The notes: generated by a model not told the origin, from the sequence alone. Counted from the first letter of the stretch, positions 28,642 through 41,959 are shown. The stretch is DNA of 64,000 nt from Octopus vulgaris (GCA_951406725.2 OX597824.1:96968001-97032000); one strand, 5' to 3'. A program made the numbers and translations.

Positions 28642-28807
28642 CATGCATACTTGCATGCATTTAGACGTATGTAGATTACGTGTACGTGCAAGTGTGTGAG
28701 TGCAGTTGTGTAGCGGCGATGCTGCGCACTAATATGAGTGCGGCTGTGTGTTTGTGTGAGCCTGCTGTAGAGACAGCTTCCTTTGACACGACAACTGAGA
28801 GACTTCA

Positions 28808-28829
28808 CTTTTATATGGCCGCCATCTTG
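28808..28829 (-). promoter_or_regulatory. Perfect YY1 motif next to a TATA-like box
   Basis: Minus strand CAAGATGGCGGC ca TATAAAAG within a ~250-bp unique island between microsatellites. Confidence 0.3.
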
Positions 28830-28964
28830 AGCATTAGATTGATAACGATTAAAGAGGGAAACTGGCGCCAAAGAAGTCTTCCAGATGTTGGTGACAACGA
28901 CAGCTGTGGGGTTTTATGGAAGCAATCTCCATCTTTTGCGCATGTGTACATGTATACATGCACG

Positions 28965-29078
<114 letters not shown>

Positions 29079-29099
29079 CATACATATATATATATTTAT

Positions 29100-29176
<77 letters not shown>

Positions 29177-29443
29177 TGTACATTTACACACACACATGTA
29201 CATATAGGCTTGTGTACTGCGCTTGCGTATACGTCAATATATATATGGGTGCGTATGTGTGTGAAAGAGCACATACACATACACCTGTGTATCTATCTAT
29301 CTATATATATAATGTGTGTGTGTGTGTGTGTTTTAGCATGTGTGTAGTTGCATACAGATTGCACATCTTGCTGAACGTAAAGATAATTGTTTAGCAATGT
29401 TTGTATGTATTTGGGAGTAAGTATATGTACACACACATGCACA

Positions 29444-29583
<140 letters not shown>

Positions 29584-30664
29584 CGTGTATGTAAGTATAT
29601 GTGTATGTATGGAAAAGACATTGTAAATTAGAAGAAATGAGATAAATTTTAATGGAAGTATGCCTCATTCGATAAATAAAAATGCAGACACATTTCTATA
29701 TTATTGATGCGCGGAACCGAGAAAGTAGATGTTTCTTGACGGAGCATCTCACAGATCGTTGACTGATCCTCAAGGACGTTATACCTGGCTTTCTTTTCTT
29801 CATTCATTGCCATGAACCAGTTGTTTATAAAACTGTCCCAAATTAGACTGGCACCGAAGTGGATAGTCTAATTTGCATATATGCGCCTCCGAAATCTCTT
29901 TGTTAATTAATTAATATATATTTTTGTACTTAACACAGCATAAATTAGAACGAGTGATATAAATTTCAAGTATTATAATCTTTGATGTGGGTTAAATAAG
30001 AATGTAACATTATTCTTTCTATATCAGTGATATGAGGTAAAAATGAGGGAGGCAGTCTCTTGACGGACCGTCTCACTTTTTGGAGGTAGTGAAGGGGGAC
30101 GACGTAGCAGACATAAACCTTTCCAAGGTCCCCGATAGGAGGAATACAATAAGTATACACATATCGAAAAAAAAAGGACTCGTGGGATTACAGTAGAGTG
30201 GAATGGATTTCACAAAGGACACGAAAGGACAAGATAAAAGGATTAAACCAGATTATGGATAGAAACAAAGATATAAATCGGTTCCTCTAAGGGGTTTCAT
30301 ACGACCCCTATCCAAGATATTTCATTCACAAACTTTGTATCGACCCGAAGCTAGATTAAAATCATTATTTTTTTCAAAAACGTGCTGAGATTTGATTCGA
30401 ACCTCAAACCACACAGTTACAAAGTGGACCTCTTAACTCCACAGACATGTCTGTGTCCATTATTTACGAAACTAATTTGTTGCAAATGTTGAAAAGACAT
30501 GTTTAATAACCCAGAAAATTGGAATCTTATAAAATCATTCATTTTTACACATTTAAACAGATACTCGCCCCCTCGCCCCCCTCCACACACGTGTATGAGA
30601 GTGTGTACGTATTTGTCTGTCTTCCTGTCTTGTCTGTTTATATATACATACATATATATATATA

Positions 30665-30786
30665 TTGGCCTGCTCGCTTAGCCAGCGGGGTGGAGTCATT
30701 TAAAGATTAAAACAATGCGAAACGCATTGTGACCAGCGATGTGTAGCAACATCTGATAGCCTGGTCGGTCACGGTGATCACGGAGA
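30665..30786 (+). repeat. Highly structured short repeat remnant, probably a SINE 3' module
   Basis: Consecutive hairpins cctgct/agcggg, ACAATGCG/CGCATTGT, and GACCAG/CTGGTC enclosing GATGT/ACATC; flanked by TA repeats. Confidence 0.45.
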
Positions 30787-30812
30787 TATATATATATATG
30801 TCTATCTGTCTG

Positions 30813-30860
<48 letters not shown>

Positions 30861-31062
30861 AACTTAAAGCTTATGGCGATCACCGTGCAATGACTAAGGA
30901 AAATAGTCAAATAAAGGGGCATATAAGCCCTCGACAGTAAAAAGAAGGCTTTCCCATCCGCGTGGGAGTCGAACCCACATCTCTTTCTCAGCGCGACTAT
31001 ATGTATAACATATCATATAATATGGTATTATATGACATGATATAGACGTATATGTGTCTAGT

Positions 31063-31438
31063 AGGCGCAAACATGACTGCGTGGTAAAAAATTCACTTCA
31101 GCACCATGCGGCAGCGGATGGAGTCCGACTGCGTTGCACCTCGGACGTGTGTCTTGTTCTATAGCCACGGGCCAAATAAAACCTTGTAAGAGGGTTTCGT
31201 TGACAGAAACTGAAAGTGTGTGAGTGTGCATGTGTCTGTTTGTGTGTCATTGATTTTTGCAAATGGTGTTGGTTTGTTTACGTCTCCCGTAACCTAGCGG
31301 ATCGGGAAAAAGATACCAATAGAATAGGCGCCAGGCTTAAAAATTAAGTGAGTACTGGGGTCAGTTCATTTGACCAAAGTCTTTCAAGGCCGCGTCCCAG
31401 CATGGCCACAGCCCAGTGACTGACACAAGTAAAAGATA

Positions 31439-31441
<3 letters not shown>
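31063..31441 (+). mobile_element. SINE-A, full length, diverged
   Basis: aggcgca..atgactgcgtggtaa head; cccagcatggccacag..tgactgacacaagtaaaagata tail. Confidence 0.85.
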
Positions 31442-31479
<38 letters not shown>

Positions 31480-31598
31480 GCTGCCAAAGAAAAACCTTGT
31501 CCGATTTAGTAACCTACAGCGCCATGTCCTCAATCTGTCTTTGTCCGTTAATGCCAGTCCTGAACGTGTTTTTGAATGAGCGAAACACTGTTGGTGTG

Positions 31599-31613
31599 TC
31601 GCCAGATGGCGCA
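31599..31613 (+). promoter_or_regulatory. CTCF-like motif
   Basis: TCGCCAGATGGCGCA is close to the CTCF core CCRCYAGRKGGCRS; motif match only. Confidence 0.25.
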
Positions 31614-31994
31614 ATCAGAGGCTACAGCAGGCAACAGGCAATGGTCAATGGGGCCATCGAAATGACCGAGAATTCTTGAGAAAGTTCTTTCATATACCAC
31701 ATTTATCGCGGTGGTTTATGGAGAATTCATCATTCTGCAAAATCTTGATCGATGCCCTTCTACCTCAACATATGTCAGATCTATGATCCTTAAAGTTGAC
31801 CTATGCTTTGCTTGTAGAATTTAATGAGCTAAATCTGTGCTGAACCCTGCTCCGTAGTGGAATAGAATTCCCCGACGGAAGACAATTTCCTATCTTACCA
31901 GTTGCAGACGAAAATAAGTAACAGGTGTGATTTGATTAAATAAAACGATTGATTGTAATGCTCCAGCATGGACACAGTGACATGGGTCGAAGCT

Positions 31995-32372
31995 TGTTTC
32001 AGGTTTTGGACCGTCGTCACCCGCTCTGAAGGGGTTTAGTCAAACAGATCGACTTCATTATTTATGTCTTTTATTTTATCTTATATTTTAAAGTCTAGCA
32101 CTTTTCAACGATTTCTTTTTCCGCTAAATTACGGAGTAATAAACAAACCAACACCGGTTGTCAAGCGCTAGGAGTGGGGCAAACAGGTACAAAGACACAC
32201 ACATATAAGGTAGGCTTCCACACAGTTTCCACCTACTAAATTTACTCAGAAAGTATCATTGTTCGACCTGATGTTGTATTAGGGTTAGGGTTAGTGTTTG
32301 AAGACACTTGCTCGTGGTGCCGTATAGTGGGATTGAACCCGCAGCCAAATAGTTGCCTACGGAACTCTTTAA
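31995..32372 (-). mobile_element. SINE-A, old copy
   Basis: ccgctaaattacgg..aaacaaaccaacaccggttgtcaagcg..gaagacacttgctc..agtgggattgaaccc. Confidence 0.75.
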
Positions 32373-32627
32373 CGTCGAAGGGAAAGGAATCCCAAAAATG
32401 AATATAACATCAAACAATAATTAATCTCAGAACAGAACAACGACGATTCCGACTGGTCTCTCGGTCAGCGTTCACGCCAATTATTCTCTGTCAGCCGCAC
32501 TGATTATATATCAGAATAATTAAGTTATTGTCGCCGTAATTGACATAATGAAGCAAAATTTATAATTAATTACAAATACAACAGTTCAATATAATTTTTG
32601 TCACACACACACACGCACACATATGAA

Positions 32628-32680
<53 letters not shown>

Positions 32681-32755
32681 AAAGAGGACAGCAAACATTA
32701 AGGCGAGGCAAACATCTCAAATCGTGTACATTATTAGTATCGAAAAAAATTCAAA

Positions 32756-32794
32756 GTTTTACAGCTGTTTCTGGGATATTCCGTCATCAGAGAC
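32756..32794 (-). ncRNA. Minimal type-I hammerhead-like motif with palindromic loop III
   Basis: gtct-CTGATGA-cggaatatccca-GAAA-cagctg-TA-aaac; canonical core boxes, AGCT palindromic loop, one stem-I mismatch, weak stem II. Confidence 0.5.
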
Positions 32795-32904
32795 AAATAG
32801 GGAAAATGAGAATGGTATATATTAATGAGGTGACGACATAGAGGAAGAGAGAAAAAGAATAAGGAGATGGAAAGAAAGAAGAAAAAGAAAAAAGAAGCAT
32901 ACAA

Positions 32905-33832
32905 GTTCATAGTTCAACTTTCCGAAGTTATAGAAGCCAGAGCATGAGTCCTTAGGTGCAATCGTGCGTAGACCCATGAGCGTGAAACCTTAGATGCAAT
33001 CCTGCATATATCCATGTGGGATATCCTAGAAACAGCACATGGGCATGGTTTGCTTTTGATTTTGTCGACTGCACAGTATAGTAGGGTCAGTTGGGCACCA
33101 TCTGTAAGAAAAACAGCACCATGATGCAGTTCACTCTGCCAGAAATTTGGAAACGACATGCTGTATTGCTTGGCATTTGTGCCGGAAGCTCCAATACGAA
33201 CATTTCAAAGTGTTTGGGTGTCAATCTGAGGACAGTGCAGTCTGGTCAACATCATGGTGTTTGGAGTGATCACCAGTTATGGCGACGTTATGCCCCCATT
33301 CATTTTCTCATACGGCCTCACACTCAATACGGAGGCCTACATCAAGTGCATGGAGGAGGTAGTGATGCCTTGGATCAAGAGGGTGGCTGCTGGAACACCC
33401 TATGTCAGGCAACAGGACTCTGCACCATGCCACACAAGCATGTCGTGGCTGTCAGAAAATTTCAGCAACCATATCGCCCCTAACATCTTGCCACCCAACT
33501 CCCCAAGCTGCAACCCCCTTTACTATTATGTGTGGGGCACAGTTGAGCAAGAGACCAGCAAAATTCCCTGTAACACCAAAGATGAACTGAAGACAAAGAT
33601 TATGGCAGCATTCACCAACTTAAACAAGGAAACTCCCCAAAAGAGTTGCAGGAGATTCCAAAGTCGTCTGGAGTCCGTGGTTGAAGCCAATGGCGATTTT
33701 ATTGAATAAATTTACTCTTTAGTATTTCAAGATATTTTAATGTAATTTTGGTAAATATAATCTGCTAAAGCGAGATGTCAGTGTTAGTTTCATTTTTGTG
33801 TTATTTAGGCGACAGTTTATTCACCGCAGCCT
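32905..33832 (+). mobile_element. Internally deleted Tc1/mariner element, probably maT (DD37D)-type
   Basis: HTH N-terminus from 33121 (..ISKCLGVNLRTVQ) fused out of frame to ORF 33254-33709 (MVFG..QQDSAPCHTS..PPNSPSCNPLYYYVW..RLESVVEANGDFIE); third Asp is Tyr and spacing here is 34, so the family call is inferred; 5' TIR not seen. Confidence 0.85.
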
Positions 33833-33834
33833 TT

Positions 33835-34030
33835 TATTTTTTGTTTTAGTCACGAGGTTGCAGCCATGCTGGAGCACCGTCTTGAACAATTCTAGTCGAA
33901 TGGATCGAAATCATTATTTGTTCTATCGGTCTCTTTTGTCGAACCGCGAGGTTGTGGGATGTAAACACATCAATAGTAGCCGTCAAGCGTTGTTGGGGGA
34001 CAAACACAGATACAAAGACATGTAGAAACA
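33835..34030 (-). mobile_element. SINE-A 3' half
   Basis: tgcagccatgctggagcaccg..ttctatcggtctcttttgtcgaaccgc..gggacaaacacagatacaaagac. Confidence 0.8.
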
Positions 34031-34068
34031 CACACACGCACACACACATATGTATACATACGTATAAA

Positions 34069-34128
<60 letters not shown>

Positions 34129-34721
34129 TGTATATGTATATGTATATATGTCTATATATATATATATACATATATATATGCATATACATACATACACACA
34201 GACACACATACGTACATACATACATACAAACATATATATATATATATATCGTATGGGTGCGAATATATATCGCATGTGTGCGACGTTCTGAGATGCTGAG
34301 CTATTTCTGTTCCAAACCAGACTCAGGTGTGTTATGATCTACCACAGGCATTGAAGATACCAAAGTGACCCTCACCATTCCCTACATAGCAAGATCTCTA
34401 GTTCTATCAGCGCAACTTCATAGAGATATGATTTCATGTCTGCCAAGCTATGTCTCCCTCACCCAGGTCACAGTGAGCCAGACAGCAACCCGTTAGTGCT
34501 AGGCAATCGCTCACCCTAAATGCGGTCTAGCCGTCATTTCCCGATGCATTGTTTCCATCCGTCTGCGATTATAGCAGCCACACTCACTAGATTAACCTGC
34601 TGAAGGTGCGACTGTCGTGTCCGATGATCTGGCAGCCCGGTACTAGGTTGTACTGGTCTATATGTTACTAGTTGCACTATTCAGTAACCTGGCATCTGCG
34701 CGCGTGTGTGAGTGTATATAC

Positions 34722-34835
34722 AGGTGAAGAGCGTAGGTTCGAAACGTGAAAGACTTTATCACATTTCCGAGCGTCAAATTAAAACACCTGCTTGTTTATA
34801 CACCTGTCATCGTCTTTTATTTTTCTGTAAATTTC

Positions 34836-34840
<5 letters not shown>
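34722..34840 (+). repeat. Penelope-like terminal remnant with a truncated hammerhead-like stem
   Basis: gaagagc-gtag-gttc-GAAA-cgt; 5' core missing; flanked by TA tracts. Confidence 0.3.
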
Positions 34841-34880
<40 letters not shown>

Positions 34881-34900
34881 CATATATATATATATATGCA

Positions 34901-34937
<37 letters not shown>

Positions 34938-34985
34938 GATATATATATATATACATATACATATATTATATATATGTATATATAT

Positions 34986-35029
<44 letters not shown>

Positions 35030-35093
35030 TATAATATATATATAAATAAATATATATATATATATGCATATATATATAAACATGTATATGCAT

Positions 35094-35143
<50 letters not shown>

Positions 35144-35589
35144 TCGCATATTAATACTTATCTATCTATCTATTTATCTGTCTGTCACACTCGCTCCCTC
35201 TCTTCCTCTCTCTTATTCTATCTCTCCCTACACACACACACACGCGCACACACACACACACACACACACGCACACACACACATACACACACACGCACACG
35301 AATATTGTACGCAGGTACACCGTAGTATATACCATTATATATGTATATATACCATCCGCGTGTGCAGTGTGGTGTGTATTTGTAAAAGCTGAGCCAACAA
35401 TTTCGGCGAAGCTGGCAGCAAAGAACGATGGAACTCTGCGGCGATGGCGACTGCGGCTGACGACGACGACGACGACGGCGGTGGTGGTGGTGGTGGTGGT
35501 GCCGTCGGGTGGGGGGTAGGCGATGGCGGTGGAAGCTTTGCGCAGTGTGTCGCAGTGATTGTTACATATGTACTCACATCCTAGCATAC

Positions 35590-35600
35590 TCTACCGATAG

Positions 35601-35632
<32 letters not shown>

Positions 35633-35717
35633 TGGTTGTGTTTTACAGTATTGCTATTGTTATTGTTATTGTTGTTGTCGTTGTTGATGAGGTTTACGTT
35701 GTTGTTGTTTTTTTAAA

Positions 35718-35783
<66 letters not shown>

Positions 35784-35796
35784 GTTGTTGTTGTTG

Positions 35797-35867
<71 letters not shown>

Positions 35868-36104
35868 TATTATATATTTGTTTTTTTGATGTGGTTAATG
35901 ATGATGCTGGTGACTGTTGTGACGAGAGGGGACCGAAGTTTGATGGTGGTGGTGGTGGTGGCGGTAGCGTTGGTGGTGGTGGTGATTATGACAATGATGG
36001 TGATAACGGTGGTGGTGGTAGATGATGATGATGATGACGGTAGGGATGGCAATGCTGCCACTCATGGTTTTACATTTTACGTTTTCCTAACGTTGCAAAG
36101 AGAA

Positions 36105-36138
<34 letters not shown>

Positions 36139-36949
36139 TGTTGTTGTTGTTGTAGCAGCAACAGGAGTGGAAGTAGCAGCAGTAGCAGCAGCAGCAGCAG
36201 CAATAGTAGTGCTATATGAGGTGCCCGCATAAAACGAGTACCATTGGTAATAGTATTAGTAATAGGAGCAGCAGCAGTAGCAGCAGCAGCAGCAGTGGTG
36301 GTGGTGGTGGTGGTGGTGGTGGTGGTGGTGATGATGGTGGTGGTGGTGGTGGTGGTGGTGGTGATGGTGGTGGTGGTGTTCAGGTATAGGACAGGTTTCA
36401 TCAAATAAGCGTGCATTTATTCCAGCCATGACCATCACCGCCTCTTACTTTTAAAACATGTTGCCTAATAATCTATAACACTACACTAACCAATGAGTCC
36501 TTCCAAAGTGTGATTTGAAAGAGATTTGGCTGCTATTTCTGGAGGTTCGTACTACAATATAGATGCTCCCTCCTACATACATCGACTCTGGTTGAGGTTG
36601 TAGTTGGGATTATAGTATGAGAGTAATAGAAAATGTAGTATTGGTGGTGACTGTAGTGGTGGTGGTGGTGGAAGTAGTAGTTGTGGTAGAGTTGTAGAAA
36701 GTGTAGTGTTGGTGGTAGTAGTTGTGGTGGTAGTATTTGTGGTAGTAGTTGTGTTGGTAGTAGTATTACTGAGTGTTGTTGTATTCGATGGTAATAGTGG
36801 TGTGGTAGAGGGTAGTGGTGGTAGTGGGAGAGTGGTAGTATGGGCAGTAGTGTTGGTAGTTGTTGCAATGGTTGTGTTGTTGGGGTGGTGGTGGTTATGT
36901 AGGGGTGATAATATTTTAGAATCGCTGATGGCAACAGAAGTGGCAGCTA

Positions 36950-36983
<34 letters not shown>

Positions 36984-38170
36984 TATTATAACGTTGGTTG
37001 TAGTAGCGACTGTTGTGGTAACAATGGTCGTGGAAGTAGTGTCGGCTACAGTAGAACAAGTGGTTGTATTGCTGGTGTTGGTTATAGTAGAGTGGGGATA
37101 AATCCAACAGTTGCTGCAGTTTGGGTTGTAGTATATAATTAGCTGCTAGGGGTGTCCCAGACAGGTCAGGTTAATGCGGCGAACGTTACATGTCTTCAAC
37201 AGTTGATGGCTGCAGGTGGCGGGATGGAGAGGTGAAGTACTGGGGAGGAAGGATTGGTCCGCAGGGAGAGGTGCAAGACCAGTCAAACCTGATGATCCGG
37301 ATCTAGGATTAAAGACATTCCAGCCGTGACCGTCTCATCTCTCTACTTACAACCAAACTTGGTCTACGTTATCCTACGTGTGATTGGACTGCTATTTCTA
37401 GCAGTCCATACGAGCACCTGTTTGGTTAGGAAGAACGGGTTGTGGCGATAGAGGTGGCGGGGATGTGGTGGGGTAGTTGGGGGGTGGGGTGGGTACTGTG
37501 GTGATGTTTTCTACAAGTGGTGTTTTCAGCAACAGCAGCAGCAGCAGCAGCAGCAGTAGCACAGCAGCAGCACAGCAGCAGCACAGCAACAGTTGCAGCA
37601 GTAGTTCTGGTAGTAGTAGTAGTAGTAGTAGTAGCTTTGATGGTAGTGGTGGTGGTGGTGGTGGTGGTGGTCCTTGAGTCAGAACTGGAGTGAAAACTAT
37701 TGGTGTCTGTGTTGACTGGTGTAGTTAACACAAAATGATGATGTTGCTGATGGTGATGATGGTGATGATGATGAAGGTGATGGCGATGATGATGATGATG
37801 ACGATGATGATGATGATGGTGATGTTTGTGATGATGATGATGATGGTGATGATGATGGTGATGACGATGATGAAGACGGTGGTCGTGATGTGATAATGAT
37901 GAAGATGATGATTATGATGATGATGACGATTGTCATAGAACAGCGAGTGATATTCTTATATTCAATAAGCCGCCCCCACCACCGACGACTTCTAGCGCAA
38001 CCACCACCACCACCACTACCACCACCACCACCACTACCACCACCACCACCACCACCGCTAACGCCACCACGTCACCTCCCCTCTCGCCACCACAAGCGTT
38101 GCTTATCATTACCAACTGCACCGCCACAAACCCATCAGCGCCACCCCTCACCGCCACCCAACCACCCAAC
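35590..38170. repeat. Mosaic of trinucleotide microsatellites (GTT, TTA, GGT, GTA, GCA, GAT, ACC)
   Basis: Directly visible; interleaved with family B fragments. Confidence 0.9.
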
Positions 38171-38821
38171 CATTACACCCCCCCTCCAGCCCCCTCCAAC
38201 TCCCCCACCAGACGTTACATGTCGACATATTGATTAATTATAATATTTGATGTATGACCAGAAACTGTTGAGCTGCCAGAAACAGGCGAGTGAATTGACC
38301 GATTATGTCTAGTACTACACTGAGGAGTGATCGCTTGGGTTCCAGGTTCGAACCCTACTCAAATCATTAAAAAAAAAAAGCAAACATTTTCTGTTGACGA
38401 ATTGTTTCTGGCGTTCGTAAAAAGTCCACTCCTTAAGAGGAAAAGAGGCAGTGGCTATGGTCCTTTTATTAGGGTTCATCTAACGTGGTGGTGGTGGTGG
38501 TGGTGGTGGTAGCGGCGGTGGTGGTAGTTATAACAGCATTGGTTGTAGTAGTAGCTGCTTTAGTGTTGATAATAGTGGTGGGCGGGAATCCAGGTAGTAG
38601 TGCCTCGAGTTCTTGCAGCAGAATGGACCGCCGCCGAGGGCACTTACAGGGCAGATCATGGTGTTGAATTGGATGACGGGTGATGCCTGTCACACACATA
38701 CACAAAAAAAAACCCAGGAATAATTACACCGACGGGATTCCATACATTTTTAGTCTTCACTGTTTCTTTCACAAATCTTTCGCCGAACCGCTGTTGTGGC
38801 TGAAGATATGTGCTCAAGATG

Positions 38822-39053
38822 AAGGCGGTGACCTGGCAGAAACGTTAGCACACCGGGCGAAATGCGTAGCCGTATTTCGTCTGTCGTTACGTTCCGAGTT
38901 CAAATTCCGCCGAGGTCGACTTTGCCTTTCATCCTTTCGGGGTCGATAAATTAAGTACCAGTTACGCACTGGGGACGATGTAATCGACTTAATACCCCTG
39001 TCTGTCCTTGTTTGTTCCCTCTGTGTTTAGCCCCTTGTGGGTAGTAAAGAAAT
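38822..39053 (+). mobile_element. Young full-length tRNA-derived SINE with perfect 18-bp TSD; central block resembles the Meta/MESC domain
   Basis: TSD agatatgtgctcaagatg at 38804-38821 and 39054-39071; B box GAGTTCAAATTCC; core gcctttcatcctttcggggtcgataaattaagtaccag. Confidence 0.92.
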
Positions 39054-39411
39054 AGATATGTGCTCAAGATGCTTTTCGCTGGGATCGAACGTGAAACCAA
39101 AGAGCTGTGAAACAAAACTCTTAAACCCACAACTTTATATGCATTCTTTTCTAATGGAGATAAACGAGGTGGATCGACTCGCCCTCCATAAGATATCACA
39201 TACACTCGATTCATGAATTTAGTCACTGAATAACGGCCATGCTGAAGCAGCGTTTTGTAGAGATTAAGATATTACAACAAAATAGTAAATTGGGGATTCA
39301 CAATAATATTTAAGGACCCCCGAAAAACTTTAGCTTTAGCTCGATGTATTGGTGTTTATTGCAAGAAATAGCAAGGTGTCTTTCTCTAAGAGGAGGATAT
39401 GTTAATTAGTC

Positions 39412-40100
39412 AAAATGCTTCTTAAATTAGGGGATCCATACCTATCATTCTTACATCATATTCAGTTTGACGAGCTGAATATTTTCGTGAAAGAATTTAC
39501 ACCGGAGCAGAAAGTCTAATTAAGACCTTATTAACGATCTAATTAAAGATTTCTTATTGTCTTCCAATACCTGGGATGTTTCTTAATTTCTTCCTTCCAT
39601 GTCAACTGGGTCTCAGCCATGTTTCTATGTTGCATTCATCACGTAGCTTGAAAACAGTGTTTCTGTGTTTCCTCTTATTTAGTATATAGTGATTAATAGA
39701 AAATGCTTCTTAAACTATAAATCCATACCTAAAATGGTTCTTAAGTGACATGAATAGATTCAGTTGGGTTTAGTGAACAATTCTGCGAAGAAATTGACGT
39801 TGGAGCAGAAAGTCTTATCAATTCCTAATTAAGTGTCTAATTAAAACTTCTTAATTTATTTTTCCATACCCGTTTTTTCTTAAGTTTTCATTTAAGTGTG
39901 ACTTGTGTCTAAGGAGTAATATTCAATGTGATTCATTACTGGAGCTTAAAGTCTAATTAAATTAGTTATTTACGAGAGTTGATAAAATCATAATGAATTA
40001 ATCCATACCTAAGCATATTTAAGAATCCCGTTTCATGGTATTAGGCCCATTTGTACGCATATTGTGCCCTGCCAGTGTTTTGGAGCTTCGAGTCTAATCA
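39412..40100. repeat. Diverged tandem array, five ~140-bp units
   Basis: TCCATACC-like at 39435, 39563, 39722, 39863, 40002; GGAGC..AGTCTAAT-like at 39504, 39643 (degenerate), 39802, 39941, 40082. Confidence 0.75.
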
Positions 40101-40897
40101 AACCGGGACTGGCGCTCGGTCTATATAATATCTCAACGTAGCTGTATCAATCAATATTGTTTTCGTTTCGTTTCTGTATCTGATATCAACTCTTAATTGA
40201 CCAAAGCCAAGATCACATGATGATTCAGACCTCGGTGAATGACCGCTTTACTATTTGCCGCACAGTGAACAACAAGGAAGCGTTTATGCGGTCATTGGCA
40301 CTGTTAGAAATGGTAGGCTAATTTTCCTCAGCTCACGCTCTGGTTTCGTACATAAGGAAAGAATATGTCAGATAAGGTAATCTGAGACACTTTTTAAAAA
40401 GTCCTCTGTGATACGACTCGAATGCGTCTCATCAAATGCGTTTCCTCAGTCAGGGTTGAACTGGGGCTAAATATCAACCGGGTTCAATCTCGCAACGCAG
40501 TACCTTGGACAAGCCTCTTCTACCATGACCAATGCCTTCGAGTCGACCAATGCCTTGTGAATTAATTTTGTGTACACAAACAGTGCAGAAGCTCTTCGAA
40601 CGGTTTGAATAGAGATAACCTGTAACATCAACTGGCATATCCTTATTTTCTCTTTCTTTTTCTTTTCTTTTTCTTTATTTTTTTCTTTCTGATGAAGTTC
40701 CACTATTTAAGTTGGTATACTTATTTACAGTGATAATAATAATAATAATAATTATCATTGTAATAATTAAGCCTGATTATGCCCCAAATAGCGTGAACAG
40801 AAACAGCTGTTAGATGAGATAATGTCGTTTTTTGTAATCAATAAATAATAATTGATGTTTACCACGTATCAATTTTATTTCCATTTTCTTATTTTCT

Positions 40898-41000
<103 letters not shown>

Positions 41001-41771
41001 GACAGGGAGGGAGAGAGAAAGAGACAGAGAAGGAAAGAAACAGAGTGAGTGCGTGATTGTGTGAATATATACACCCATACGTATATTATTCCAAATGAAT
41101 TGGGAAAACAGCTTTAAATCCGCTCAATTTAAATTAATGAATTATGTATTACAATAATGATGTTGGTCCTCGCGAAACAGCTGCTGGGCAAAAGTATGAA
41201 CGATGTGGAATTTATGCTTTTTCTACTCTTTTATTCTACACACACAGAGACACACACACACACATACACACACACATGCACGCACGTTCACATAATTCTA
41301 CATTAAGTTACAGTTATATCCACCCGACCGCCCAAGATCGGGGTCTTCTAACGGGGACAGATACACAGTGTAATGTAAGTTAAACTGTGTGGCTCACTCG
41401 GTCCTTCCTTCTGAGAATTTTCTCCTCACAGATAATTTCGCTACTGCGAAAGTCAAGGTTAGCATAAACCATTCCCCTCCCCCTATTATTCCTTAATCTG
41501 AAGATGTCCTCCCTGACATAAATTATGTTGTAGTTGCTTCGATAAATAAAACTCCAGCCGTAGTGTTTTCGTGCGATCTGTTTTGGGGGTAACTACAATA
41601 GTTTTAGGTTTGAAAAGGGACCTCAGCAACAAGGTAGAAAAAACAGAGCAGCAGGGATTTACCAATTTGGGCAGCTACCAATTTTAAAAACGCTGAAGAA
41701 GAACTGATTCGCTCGTGACTACTATTCAACAATAATGGCGACAAAGACGACGACGGAGACCGCCGCCATCC

Positions 41772-41959
41772 CCACCACCACCACCACCACCACCACCACC
41801 ACCACAACCACCACCGCCACCGCCGCCGCCGCCGCCACCGCCGCCGCCGCCGCCACCGCCGCCGCCGCCGCCACCGCCGCCGCCGCCGCCACCGCCGCCG
41901 CCGCCGCCACCGCCGCCGCCGCCGCCACCGCCGCCACCGCCGCCGCCGCCGCCACCGCC

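Noticed and set aside
34300-34700. GC-richer unique block as an exon or LINE piece
   Set aside because: No long open frame or recognisable motif on either strand.
39412-40100. CRISPR-like repeat-spacer array
   Set aside because: Repeats are degenerate, the spacers are homologous to each other, there are no cas genes and the context is eukaryotic.
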